A stretch of 64,000 nt of DNA from positions 539,619-603,618 of the forward strand of contig CAWABV010000008.1 of assembly GCA_963780375.1 (NCBI GenBank), read 5' to 3'. Source of the stretch: an uncultured Chloroflexia bacterium. GTDB lineage: Bacteria > Chloroflexota > Limnocylindria > Limnocylindrales > CSP1-4. The position numbers and the translations under genes were made by a program. Below, in pieces: positions 29,031-38,393 of this stretch (positions are counted from its first letter, which is position 1; each line of letters starts with the position of its first letter). Under the pieces are notes generated by a model. The model searched no databases. It saw only the letters and a program-made list of their open reading frames with translations, and was not told where the DNA came from.

Positions 29031-30341
29031 CTAGGCCTCGTGGCCCTCCGTCCACTCCTCGTCGCTCACGGGTTGTGCCCGCTCGGTCCGGATCGGGAGC
29101 GTGGCGAGGGCCGCCAGCAGGAACGACACGGCCATGATCCCGAAGACGACCGGGACGCCGACGGGCTCCCCCAGTGCCTCGATGACCGTCCCGTAGACCG
29201 CCGTCCACAGTGACCCCACGCCGAACGCGAGCGTGAAATACAGGGCATAGGACGCGTCGCGGTTCTCGGGTGGGGAGATGTCGGCGAGCAGCGCCTGCAG
29301 CTGCGGCGATTCAGCGAATGAGAACAGGCCCATGATGACGATGCCGACCCACAGCCAGACGAGCGACGACCCGGCGAAGATGAACAGCCCGAACCCGACG
29401 GCACCGCCCAGGTACGCCGCGATGATCAGCGGCTTGCGGCCGAAGCGATCAGACAGCCAGCCGGCGAGCAACGGCATCGGGACGCTGAACACGATGAGTG
29501 CCCCATACATCAGACCGGATGTCCCCTCGTCGAGGCCGATCACCCGGGTCATGTAGATCAGCGCGAAGAGGTTGACGACCCCGAGCCCGCGACCGCCACC
29601 ACCCAGGATCGAGGTCAGGAAGACCCAGCGCAGATCACGGTCGGCGAGGACCCGCTTCAGCCCGTCGAGGCTGCTGCCGCCGGCCCGGGCAGCTGCCCGA
29701 TCCGTGCCGCGTTCGCGGATGAGCGCGAGGATGCTGAGCGCGATCAGCATCGCGGCCACGCCGAACACGACGGTCACGCCACGCCAGCCGATTACGGCCA
29801 ACAGCGGCGCCCCGACGACGGCGACCAGGACCGTCCCCAGGTTCCCGCCGGCGATGTGGGCACTGATCGCGAACCCGCGTCGCTCCGGCGGGTATTGCTC
29901 GGCGAGCAGCCCGTTGCCGACCGGGTGCTGCGGTGAGCTGCCGATCCGCGCCACGACCGTCGGCAGCGCGAACGACGCGAAACTCGACGCCAGCGACATC
30001 GCCGCGAACCCGCCACCGAACAGCAGCCCGCCGGCTCCGAGCAGCCGCTTCCGCGACACGTGCCGGGTGAGCTCCGCGTAGCTCAGCTGGACGAGACCGG
30101 CCGCAAGCGACCCGAATGCGGCCAGGAAGGCGACGGCCTGCACGCTCGCGTCGAACTCGTCGATGATCGCCAGGAAGATCAACGGGAGCAGGACGGCGAA
30201 GGCGTGGTTCACCGCATGGGCGGCCGACAGCAGGCCGAGCGAGCGACCCGGCCGGACATCCATCACGCGGCCCATCTTGCCGGAATCGGTGCCGTGTCCT
30301 CGGCCCGTTCCCGTGACCTCGCTCTTGCGCAGAACGGCCAC
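29031..30341 (-). CDS. MFS transporter
   Basis: 12-TM architecture with MFS signature-like loops. The true start may be one of the internal ATGs (MGRVMDVRPG...). Confidence 0.75.
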   Translation of the reverse strand: MAVLRKSEVTGTGRGHGTDSGKMGRVMDVRPGRSLGLLSAAHAVNHAFAVLLPLIFLAIIDEFDASVQAVAFLAAFGSLAAGLVQLSYAELTRHVSRKRLLGAGGLLFGGGFAAMSLASSFASFALPTVVARIGSSPQHPVGNGLLAEQYPPERRGFAISAHIAGGNLGTVLVAVVGAPLLAVIGWRGVTVVFGVAAMLIALSILALIRERGTDRAAARAGGSSLDGLKRVLADRDLRWVFLTSILGGGGRGLGVVNLFALIYMTRVIGLDEGTSGLMYGALIVFSVPMPLLAGWLSDRFGRKPLIIAAYLGGAVGFGLFIFAGSSLVWLWVGIVIMGLFSFAESPQLQALLADISPPENRDASYALYFTLAFGVGSLWTAVYGTVIEALGEPVGVPVVFGIMAVSFLLAALATLPIRTERAQPVSDEEWTEGHEA

Positions 30342-30368
30342 GGCGGCGGGCCACCGTGGGGCGCTAGA

Positions 30369-30620
30369 TCAGCGCTTGCGAGGCTTCTCGTACAGCGCGG
30401 CGTGCGGGTCCTCGCGCTGCTGGCCGTGGCCGGACTTGGCCGGTCGTTTCGGTAGCAGGACCAGGGCGAAGAGCGCCAGCGGCCCGAAGATGATGGCCAG
30501 GATCGCCCACGGCCACGCGCCACGGCCGTAGCCGGGAGCGAGGCGGTAGGCATAGATCGCGCAGACGATCCAGACCACCGCGGCCAGGATGAACAGCCCC
30601 GTACCGAGGAGCGGATCCAT
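30369..30620 (-). CDS. small two-TM membrane protein (83 aa) immediately downstream of glnA2
   Basis: MDPLLGTGLFILAAVVWIVCAIY...AILAIIFGPLALFALVLL with a basic C-terminal tail. Reverse complement shows a textbook RBS (TAAGGAGGGCGACACC ATG), which is rare in this window. Confidence 0.65.
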   Translation of the reverse strand: MDPLLGTGLFILAAVVWIVCAIYAYRLAPGYGRGAWPWAILAIIFGPLALFALVLLPKRPAKSGHGQQREDPHAALYEKPRKR

Positions 30621-30636
30621 CAGGGTGTCGCCCTCC

Positions 30637-32010
30637 TTAGAACTCGTCGAGGTAGCGCTCGACCTCCCAGTCGGACACCTGTGTCCGGTACTCGTCCCAC
30701 TCCGAGCGCTTCGCGTCGACGTAGTGATCGAAGATGTGCTCCCCGAGCGCCTCGCGGATGACCTCGTCCCTCTCGAGCTCGTCGAGCGCCTCACCCAATG
30801 TCCCGGGTAGCTCGCGGATGCCCTTCTCGGCGATCCGGGCGGCGTCCATCTCGAAGAGCGACTCCTCGACAGGCTCGGCCAGGGTCATCCCCTTCTCGAC
30901 CCCGTCCAAACCGGCCGCGATCATCGCCGCGAACGCGAGGTAGGTGTTCGACGACGGATCCGGGCAGCGGACCTCGCAGCGCGTCCCTTCGATCGACTTC
31001 CCAGGCGACACCATCGGCACGCGGATGAGCGCCGACCGGTTCGTGCGACCCCAGGTCAGGTACGTCGGCGCCTCGTAGCCCGGCACCAGACGCTTGTACG
31101 AATTCACGAGCGGCGCCAGCACGGCGATCATGCCGCGGGCATGCGCCAGGATCCCGGCCATGTACGAGCGAGCCACGTCCGACAGCCCGTACGGATTGGT
31201 CGGATCGGCGAAGGCGTTGCGGTTCTCGGCGATCGAGTACAGCGACTGATGGGTGTGCATCCCCGACCCATTGATCCCGTGGATCGGCTTGGGCATGAAC
31301 GTGGCGTACAGCCCGTGCTGCTGGGCGATGGCCTTCAGCGCGAACTTGAAGGTGATCGCGTTGTCGGCCGTGCGAAGCGCGTCGGAATACTCGAAGTCGA
31401 TCTCGTGCTGGCCGACCGCGACCTCGTGGTGGGCCGCCTCGACCTTGATGCCGAACGCCTCGAGCGCATCGACCATGTCCTGGCGGATCTCCTGGGCGAG
31501 ATCGGTCGAGAAGTCGAAGTAGCCCGCCTGGTCGTGGGGTAGCGGCTCGATGGCCCCGTCCTCGCCACGCCGGAAGAGGAAGAACTCGAGCTCCGGGCCG
31601 GTGTTGACGACGTAGCCGAGCTTCTGGGCGCGCTCGACCTGGCGGCGCAGGATCCGGCGCGGATCTCCGACGAACGGCTCGCCGTTCGGGGTGAAGACAT
31701 CGCAGATCACCCGGGCGGTACCGCGCGGTCCCGATCCGGGCTGCCACGGGATCTCCGAGAAGGTGTCCATGTCGGGCATCAGGTACTGGTCCGACTCGGC
31801 GATCCGGGTGAACCCCTCGATCGACGATCCGTCGAACCACGTCCCGTGTCGGACCGAGCCCTCGAGCTGATGGACGGGGATCGTGACGGCCTTGACGTGG
31901 CCGATGATGTCGGTGAACTGGAGCTGGATGAAGCGGATGCCGCTCGACTTCGCGGCCTCGATCGTGGCAGTGGCGTCGGCTGACGTCTCGGGGCGGGTGG
32001 CGACGGTCAA
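30637..32010 (-). CDS. glnA2: glutamine synthetase, GlnA2-like type I paralog (457 aa)
   Basis: GS beta-grasp and catalytic domains (GSGMHTHQS, NSYKRLVPGYEAP, ALIRVP). No adenylylation-loop Tyr context of the GSI-beta type. Confidence 0.85.
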   Translation of the reverse strand: MTVATRPETSADATATIEAAKSSGIRFIQLQFTDIIGHVKAVTIPVHQLEGSVRHGTWFDGSSIEGFTRIAESDQYLMPDMDTFSEIPWQPGSGPRGTARVICDVFTPNGEPFVGDPRRILRRQVERAQKLGYVVNTGPELEFFLFRRGEDGAIEPLPHDQAGYFDFSTDLAQEIRQDMVDALEAFGIKVEAAHHEVAVGQHEIDFEYSDALRTADNAITFKFALKAIAQQHGLYATFMPKPIHGINGSGMHTHQSLYSIAENRNAFADPTNPYGLSDVARSYMAGILAHARGMIAVLAPLVNSYKRLVPGYEAPTYLTWGRTNRSALIRVPMVSPGKSIEGTRCEVRCPDPSSNTYLAFAAMIAAGLDGVEKGMTLAEPVEESLFEMDAARIAEKGIRELPGTLGEALDELERDEVIREALGEHIFDHYVDAKRSEWDEYRTQVSDWEVERYLDEF

Positions 32011-32106
32011 CGGATCCTCCTGAACGGGTCAGACGGGGGGACGGGTGAGGCAAGGATACGCCCGGCCGCTGTCGCAGCCGGGCGTCATCGGTCGGCGGGT
32101 CGAGGC

Positions 32107-33564
32107 CTACATCTCGCTGTAGAGATAGAACTCGTACGGGTGCGGCCGGAGCTGGACCTCCTTGGCACCGGCACGCTTGAAGTCGAGCCAGGCGTCGACG
32201 ACGTCCTTGGTGAACACGTCACCCCGATACAGGAACTCCTGGTCTGCCTCGAGGGCGTCGAGCGCCTCTTCCAGCGATCCCGGAGTGCCGTCGATGCCGG
32301 CCTTCTCTTCGGCGCTTAGCTCATAGATGTCGGCGTCGATCGGGGTGGGCGGCTCGATCTTGTTGATGACCCCGTCGAGCCCGGCGAGGAGCTGGGCGCT
32401 GAACGACAGGTACGGGTTGCAGGTCGGGTCGGGGGAACGGAACTCCAGGCGACGGGCGCCCGGCGTCGTGAAGTACGTAGGGATGCGGATGCACGCCGAG
32501 CGGTTTCGCTGCGAGTAGACGAGGTTGATGGGTGCCTCGTAGCCCGGGACGAGTCGGCGATACGAATTGGTGGTCGGCGCCGCGAAGGCGAGGACCGCCT
32601 TGGCGTGCTTGAGCAAGCCACCGATGTACCAACGGGCCGTGTCGGACAGCAGCGCGTAGCCCTTCTCGTCATAGAAGAGGTTGGTGCCGTCCTTCCACAG
32701 GCTCTGGTGGGTGTGCATGCCCGAGCCGTTATCGCCGTAGAGCGGCTTGGGCATGAACGTCGCGACCTTGCCGGCCGCGTGCGCCACCTGCTTGACGATG
32801 TACTTGTAGCGGAGGACCTTGTCGGCCGTCTCGACCAGCGTCCCGTACCGGATGTCGATCTCGGCCTGGCCGGGCCCACCGACCTCGTGGTGCTGCACCT
32901 CGACGTCGATGCCCGACGCCTGGAGTGCGAGGACCATCCGGCTGCGCAGGTCCTGCAGCGTGTCCATCGGCGGGACGGGGAAGTAGCCCTCCTTCGGTCG
33001 TGGCCGGTGGGCGAGGTTCGGCGTCCCGTTGCGGCTCGAGTTCCAGATGCCCTCGTCGGAGTCGATCTCGTACATCGACTTGTGTCCGGCGGTCTCGAAC
33101 CGGAGCGAGTCGAAGATGTAGAACTCGACCTCGGGGCCCCAGAACGACGTCGTGGCGATGCCGCTCTCCGCGAGGTAGCGCTCGGCCTTGCGGGCGACGT
33201 AGCGGGGATCGCGGCTGTAGGGCTCGCGGCTCCCCGGCTCGACCACGTCGCAGCTGAGGATCAGCGTCGGGATATCCAGCGTCGGGTCGACGTAAGCGGT
33301 CGTCGGGTCGGGCATGAGCAGCATGTCCGACTCATGGATGTGCTGGAAACCCCGGATGCTCGAGCCATCGAAGCCGATGCCGTCGATGAACAGGTCCTCG
33401 CCGAGGTCCTTGACGGGGATGCTGAAGTGCTGCGCCTGACCGGGCAGGTCGACGAAGCGCAGGTCGACGATCAGGACGCCGGCCTCACGGGCCAGCGACA
33501 GGACCTCGGACACGGTCGTGGTGGGGGCGGCGACTCCGCTGGGGATCCGCTCGAGGGTGGTCAT
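32107..33564 (-). CDS. glnA: glutamine synthetase type I (GSI-beta, adenylylatable form)
   Basis: 485 aa with GDNGSGMHTHQSL, NSYRRLVPGYEAP, and the adenylylation-site context APINLVYSQRNRSACIRIP. Confidence 0.9.
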   Translation of the reverse strand: MTTLERIPSGVAAPTTTVSEVLSLAREAGVLIVDLRFVDLPGQAQHFSIPVKDLGEDLFIDGIGFDGSSIRGFQHIHESDMLLMPDPTTAYVDPTLDIPTLILSCDVVEPGSREPYSRDPRYVARKAERYLAESGIATTSFWGPEVEFYIFDSLRFETAGHKSMYEIDSDEGIWNSSRNGTPNLAHRPRPKEGYFPVPPMDTLQDLRSRMVLALQASGIDVEVQHHEVGGPGQAEIDIRYGTLVETADKVLRYKYIVKQVAHAAGKVATFMPKPLYGDNGSGMHTHQSLWKDGTNLFYDEKGYALLSDTARWYIGGLLKHAKAVLAFAAPTTNSYRRLVPGYEAPINLVYSQRNRSACIRIPTYFTTPGARRLEFRSPDPTCNPYLSFSAQLLAGLDGVINKIEPPTPIDADIYELSAEEKAGIDGTPGSLEEALDALEADQEFLYRGDVFTKDVVDAWLDFKRAGAKEVQLRPHPYEFYLYSEM

Positions 33565-33639
33565 CGCGATGGTCGTCCTCCGTCCGCTTGTGCAACCCGC
33601 ACCAAAACGGGGCTCATTGCACCTCGGGAGGACACGGTA

Positions 33640-35175
33640 TCAGGCATCCGGGTTGCGGTTCAGTACCGGTGCCGGTGCAACTCCTTGTGCATTTTGCATG
33701 ACTCGCACGGCGAGCATCAGCGCCACGCGGAGCTCGGGGTCTGCTAGGTCCCAATCACCTCGCGCCTCCAGCCGCTGGACGCGGTAGGCGATCGTGTTGC
33801 GGTGGACACCGAGGCGGGCTGCGGCCTCGGCGAGGCTCGAGGAGGACAGGACGGCCGCGAGCGTGTCGATGCGCTCACGCTGCGCGTCCTCGCGACCCAC
33901 GAGGATCGGCGCCAGCAGCTCGCGCGCCTGGCGGACGCCGTCTGGGAGATTGCGGACGTTGCCGAGCAACAGGTAGGCAGGTAGCCGCGAGGCGCGGACC
34001 ACGCGAGGCGGATCAGGGAGCTGTTCCGCGGCTTCGAGCGTGGCCCTCGCCGCCGCCTCCGCCGCGGGTCGCGCCCCGGGCTCGTGGAAGGGACGGCTGA
34101 CCGCCACGGTCCGATCAAGGAACGTCGCGAGGCGGTTCGCCGTCCCGAGGCCACCGGGGTCGTCGTCGGGGGCCGCCGCGACGAGCCGGAGCTCGAGGCT
34201 CTCGGAGCTGCCGCGGAGGACGAGCCGACGCGGCGACATCAGCAGCCGCAGTTCGGCACGCGTCTCCTCGCGGGCGGCGATGTCGTCCGGGCCCTCCGGC
34301 GAGCGCTGGGTGGCGAGCATGACGACCCACGGCGGTCCGTCGGCGGGAAGCGGGTCGCCGCGCCGCGTCTCCTCGCGCGCCTGGCGGACGGCCTCGTCGC
34401 GGGCCAGCTCCAGCGCGAGGAGTGCCGCCACCCGTTCCGCGGCGATGCGATCGAGCTCATTCGGCGGCTCGTCCCCGAGGAGGATCAGCCGTCCGCCCGT
34501 GCCCAATTCGCCGGCCGGTGCCGGGATGTCGACGCGCAGCGCACCAGCGCCCGACGGGCGGGCGAGGTAACCCGCCACGGCAGCCGCGGCGGCGGGCAGG
34601 TCGGCCGGGGCATGGACCGCGATAGGGTCACCGCGGCGGCCCTCGATCACGACGGCGCGGCCGAGGAACGCGCCGATCGTCGCCGCCTGCATGTCGAGCC
34701 CGCGACCCAGCAGCGCGAACCGGGCGAGCTGGGTCTCGAGGTCGGCTGCCCGGCGATCCAGCTCGGCCCGGCGGTTGACCAGGAAGCCGATGACGCTGCG
34801 CTCGAGCGCGACCGGGTCGGTGTGCTCCAGGTGCAGCGCGGTCAGGCCGGCGGTCGTGGCTGCCTCGCCCAGGGCGGCGAGGGTGTCGTTCCCGGTATCG
34901 CCCTCCACGAGGAGCACGGCCGGGACCCGGGCACGGACCAGCGCGACGACCAGGTCGTGGATCTGTGACGGCCCGGGCGCGACGACGGCCAAGGCCTGCG
35001 CCGGGATGATCGCCAGGTCGCCGTTCTCGAGCGCATCGAACGCCGGCACGCGTGGCTTGAGCACGCGGACCCAGCCGACGTCACGATCCCCACGCTCCGG
35101 CGAGAGCTGCTCGTCACCGGCGAGCGGCCGAGCGGTCGGGAAGAGGGCTCGGTGCAGATCGTGCAGGGTCGTCAC
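33640..35175 (-). CDS. PucR/CdaR-family transcriptional regulator
   Basis: C-terminal PucR-type HTH (LAEAAARLGVHRNTIAYRVQRLEARGDWDL) and a long N-terminal GGDEF-like/purine-catabolism-regulator-like region. Confidence 0.8.
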   Translation of the reverse strand: MTTLHDLHRALFPTARPLAGDEQLSPERGDRDVGWVRVLKPRVPAFDALENGDLAIIPAQALAVVAPGPSQIHDLVVALVRARVPAVLLVEGDTGNDTLAALGEAATTAGLTALHLEHTDPVALERSVIGFLVNRRAELDRRAADLETQLARFALLGRGLDMQAATIGAFLGRAVVIEGRRGDPIAVHAPADLPAAAAAVAGYLARPSGAGALRVDIPAPAGELGTGGRLILLGDEPPNELDRIAAERVAALLALELARDEAVRQAREETRRGDPLPADGPPWVVMLATQRSPEGPDDIAAREETRAELRLLMSPRRLVLRGSSESLELRLVAAAPDDDPGGLGTANRLATFLDRTVAVSRPFHEPGARPAAEAAARATLEAAEQLPDPPRVVRASRLPAYLLLGNVRNLPDGVRQARELLAPILVGREDAQRERIDTLAAVLSSSSLAEAAARLGVHRNTIAYRVQRLEARGDWDLADPELRVALMLAVRVMQNAQGVAPAPVLNRNPDA

Positions 35176-35199
35176 ACGGCGACGGTACGCCCCGCGGGG

Positions 35200-36660
35200 T
35201 CAGGCCGTGGCGGGACGGCGGACGGTGACGAGGTCGTCGAGCAGCGCGCCGAACTCGCGTTCGACATCGACGTAGCGATCGGCCCGGAAGACGAGGCCGA
35301 GGCCGCCGTCCGCATCGAGCCGCGCCCAGACCCGTCGGCGGGGGCGATAGAAGGTGATGGTGATCCCCGTGATCAGCGATAGGAAGGCCGCCCAGACGAT
35401 GCCCTGCCCCGGATCGCGCTTGGCGATGACCAGCGTGTACTCGCCGAAATCGACGAGCCCGACCGAGATGCCGAGGGCGTCGGAGACCTTCGTATCGCCG
35501 CGGCGCAACTGGACGGGGTCGAAGTTCTGGGCCTGGGGCGTCCCGTCGGCGTTCTGGCCCACGATGCGGTACGGCAGCACGACCAGCAGGCCGGCGCCGC
35601 TTGCGTCCCGACCCAGCAGCAGTTGTAGGCCCAGGTCGCGGCCCGGCACGGCCATCGTCGCGTACGGCGCTCCCCCGGCCGAATCGAGCAGGGGCACCTT
35701 GGCATCCCACAGGGGTGCTCCGCTGGCGTCGTTGACGACGATGTGCGGGGCCGGCCCGAACCCGTTCTGATGGAACGTGTAGCCGCCGATGCCGAGCGGG
35801 TCGTTCACCCGGATCGTCTTGCGGGCGACCTCTGCGCCGTTCTGATACACGGCGAGGTCCGTCGTGAAGTCGGTCGGGCTGCCGGTCTCGAAGCCCGGGG
35901 CGTCGAAGTCGTTGTTCTTGACGAGCATCAGGTCGGTGGTCCCGATGTTCTGCACGGTCCGCGACTCGCCCTCGGGTATGACGAGACCCAGCTCGTCGCC
36001 GAAGCGCGAGGTGACGAGCCCGGCGACGAGGAACAGGATCAAGCCCAGGTGCGTGAAGAGTGTGGCGAGCTTCGTGTATCGGTGGCGGTCGCCATAGACG
36101 TACCTCGACCCATCCTCGGTCGCTGCCTCTCTGATGTGGAAACCCCGCGAGCGCATCACTCGCCCGACGTCGTCGCCGGCGACACCGGTCATCGCCGCAC
36201 GGTCCGGCAGCCGCGGATCGAAGAACGGCTCGGGTTGGACGACGCGCACCGCGGACACGTCCCGCCACAAGCGCGGCGTCCGATCGAGGGTGCAGATCAC
36301 GATCGAGATGACCAGTACCACGAGGGCGAACCCGAAGATCGGCGACTTGAAGATCGAGAACGCGCCGAGTCGCTCGAGGACGTTGACGATCCCCGGCCCA
36401 AGGACCGGGTCGTAGCGGATGTGGATCGTCTCGATGGACGTCGCGTAGTCGGCCGGCGAGCGGAACGCGAAGTCGGGCAGCTGCTGGAGCGTCATCCCGA
36501 TCGCGGCGAGCCCGGCCAGGAAGATGATCTGGACGACGGCGAAGTCGACCGACGTGAATAGCCGCCACAGGCCCTGGCCGAGTTGGGCGAAGGGGTTAGT
36601 CGGGGCGCCCGCGGCGCTCGCAGCCGCAGAAGCGCCGGCGGCCGCGGCCGGTGTCGCCAA
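35200..36660 (-). CDS. cytochrome c biogenesis protein ResB/Ccs1 family
   Basis: N-terminal TM (FAVVQIIFLAGLAAIG), a large extracytoplasmic domain, C-terminal TMs, and the RPRRRVW motif. The alternative-frame ORF 35114..36568 is Arg/Pro-rich junk. Confidence 0.75.
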   Translation of the reverse strand: MATPAAAAGASAAASAAGAPTNPFAQLGQGLWRLFTSVDFAVVQIIFLAGLAAIGMTLQQLPDFAFRSPADYATSIETIHIRYDPVLGPGIVNVLERLGAFSIFKSPIFGFALVVLVISIVICTLDRTPRLWRDVSAVRVVQPEPFFDPRLPDRAAMTGVAGDDVGRVMRSRGFHIREAATEDGSRYVYGDRHRYTKLATLFTHLGLILFLVAGLVTSRFGDELGLVIPEGESRTVQNIGTTDLMLVKNNDFDAPGFETGSPTDFTTDLAVYQNGAEVARKTIRVNDPLGIGGYTFHQNGFGPAPHIVVNDASGAPLWDAKVPLLDSAGGAPYATMAVPGRDLGLQLLLGRDASGAGLLVVLPYRIVGQNADGTPQAQNFDPVQLRRGDTKVSDALGISVGLVDFGEYTLVIAKRDPGQGIVWAAFLSLITGITITFYRPRRRVWARLDADGGLGLVFRADRYVDVEREFGALLDDLVTVRRPATA

Positions 36661-36670
36661 CGGACCCCCT

Positions 36671-37900
36671 CTAGACGCCGACGGTGGCGCGGTGGGCGAC
36701 GTCGCGTGCGGCCTCGAGCGCGCTCGCGAAGTCGGCCTGGAGGTCCTCGACGTCCTCGAGCCCGACGGAGACGCGCAGCAGACCGGCCGGGATACCCGAC
36801 GCGATCAGCTCCTCCTCGGACAGCTGGCGCTGCGAGGTCGACGGCGGGTGGACGACGAACGTGTGCACGCTCCCGAGCGATGCCGTGAGCTCAGGAAGGG
36901 CCATGGCGTCGATGATCGCCTGGCCCGCCTCGCGACCACCTTCGACCTCGAAGGCGAGCATCCCGCCGGCCACGCCGTCGCGGAACTGGCGACGGGCGAC
37001 ATCATGCTGGGGATGGCTCGGCAGGCCCGGGTACATGACGCGGATCACGCCGTCCTGACGCTCGAGCCATGCGCCGAGTGCCGCCGCGTTCCGGGCGTGG
37101 CGGTCCATGCGGACGCCGAGTGTCAGCAGGCCGCGCAGGACGAGGAACGCGTCGAACGGGCCGATCGTCCCGCCGGTGTCGTTCTGGAACGCCTCGACGG
37201 CGTGGACGAGGTCCGTTCGACCAGCGACGACGCCGGCGATGACGTCGCTGTGGCCGCCGAGGAACTTCGTCGCCGACTCGATGACGAGATCGGCGCCGAG
37301 CTCGATCGGGCGGCACACATAGGGCGAGGCAAACGTGTTGTCGACCAGGTAGGTCGCCCCATGCTCATGGGCGAGCCGGGCGACCGTCGCGTGGTCGGTC
37401 ACCACGGTCGTCGGGTTCGCGATGGTCTCGGCGTACACGACCTTCGTGGCGGCGGCGGTGATGGCGCTCGCGACGGCCGCGTTGTCGGTCATGTCGATGA
37501 GGTCGACCCGCACACCGAACCGACTGAAGACCTCGCCCAGGAGCTTCCTCGTGGAGCCGTAGGCGGCCAGCGGCCCGACGACCCGGTCGCCTGCCGACAG
37601 CTGCGATCCGAGCGCGGCGTGCACCGCGCCCATGCCCGACGCGAGCGACGTGCCGGCCTCCGCACCGGCGATCTCGGCGAAGGCGTCGCCCAGCGCTCGG
37701 CTGGTCGGGTTGGAGAGGCGTGAGTAGGAGTAGCCGGCCCGGGCATCGCTGACGACGTCGGCCAGCTCCTCAGCGTCGGCCGTGGTGAACGTCGCGGTCT
37801 GGTAGATCGGGACGCTCGTCGGCCGCTGGTCCACGATCGGTGTCCGCGACGCGGCTCGGATAGCGCGGGTAGAGAAGCCCTTCGCGTCCCGGTCGGTCAT
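36671..37900 (-). CDS. PLP-dependent transsulfuration enzyme (cystathionine gamma-synthase/beta-lyase/gamma-lyase family)
   Basis: Cys/Met metabolism PLP family: YSRLSNPT motif, the lysine-containing segment SATKFLGGHSD and a conserved C-terminus. Confidence 0.85.
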   Translation of the reverse strand: MTDRDAKGFSTRAIRAASRTPIVDQRPTSVPIYQTATFTTADAEELADVVSDARAGYSYSRLSNPTSRALGDAFAEIAGAEAGTSLASGMGAVHAALGSQLSAGDRVVGPLAAYGSTRKLLGEVFSRFGVRVDLIDMTDNAAVASAITAAATKVVYAETIANPTTVVTDHATVARLAHEHGATYLVDNTFASPYVCRPIELGADLVIESATKFLGGHSDVIAGVVAGRTDLVHAVEAFQNDTGGTIGPFDAFLVLRGLLTLGVRMDRHARNAAALGAWLERQDGVIRVMYPGLPSHPQHDVARRQFRDGVAGGMLAFEVEGGREAGQAIIDAMALPELTASLGSVHTFVVHPPSTSQRQLSEEELIASGIPAGLLRVSVGLEDVEDLQADFASALEAARDVAHRATVGV

Positions 37901-37988
37901 CGCGCGATGCTACACCGGGGCAGCGCTTGGGCTCGGTTGACGTGTCGTCCGAACGGGCGCAGATTCGACGTCGGACAGAGGCACAGAC

Positions 37989-38276
37989 ATGGATCCATTG
38001 ACCACCATCGTCGTCCTCCTCATCGGCGTCGCCATCGTCGGGTGGCTCGCGACGGCCCGTGATGGCCGCGCCCTCGACGTCTTCGGGTCCGGGTTCATCG
38101 GGTATCGCTCGTATGGCTGGCCGCGCGGGGTCCAGGAGGAGGACTCCATCCACTTCACGGTCACGGCATGGCATGAGCCCGCGACCGACGACGACGGCGA
38201 CGGCCCGGCGTCTGAGCCCGAACTGGTCGAGCTCACCGAGATCAACGAGACGATCCGGCTCGAGCGCCTCCGCTGA
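37989..38276 (+). CDS. small membrane protein (95 aa), hypothetical
   Basis: N-terminal TM helix TTIVVLLIGVAIVGWLA and an acidic tail. The competing minus-strand ORF 37910..38473 is S/P/R low-complexity. Confidence 0.4.
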   Translation: MDPLTTIVVLLIGVAIVGWLATARDGRALDVFGSGFIGYRSYGWPRGVQEEDSIHFTVTAWHEPATDDDGDGPASEPELVELTEINETIRLERLR

Positions 38277-38393
38277 CCGGCGTCTGACCGACGTCCGCGC
38301 TTTGGGCGCGGTGCGTTTTGTGCTTCGCTCCTACAAACCACGGTGCTAGGCTGACGCTGGCTGACGGGACGTGGATCTGGAGGAGGATCGACG

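Noticed and set aside
35114-36568. 484-aa alternative-frame ORF overlapping resB
   Set aside because: Arg/Pro-rich nonsense frame. The ResB frame has TM helices and family motifs.
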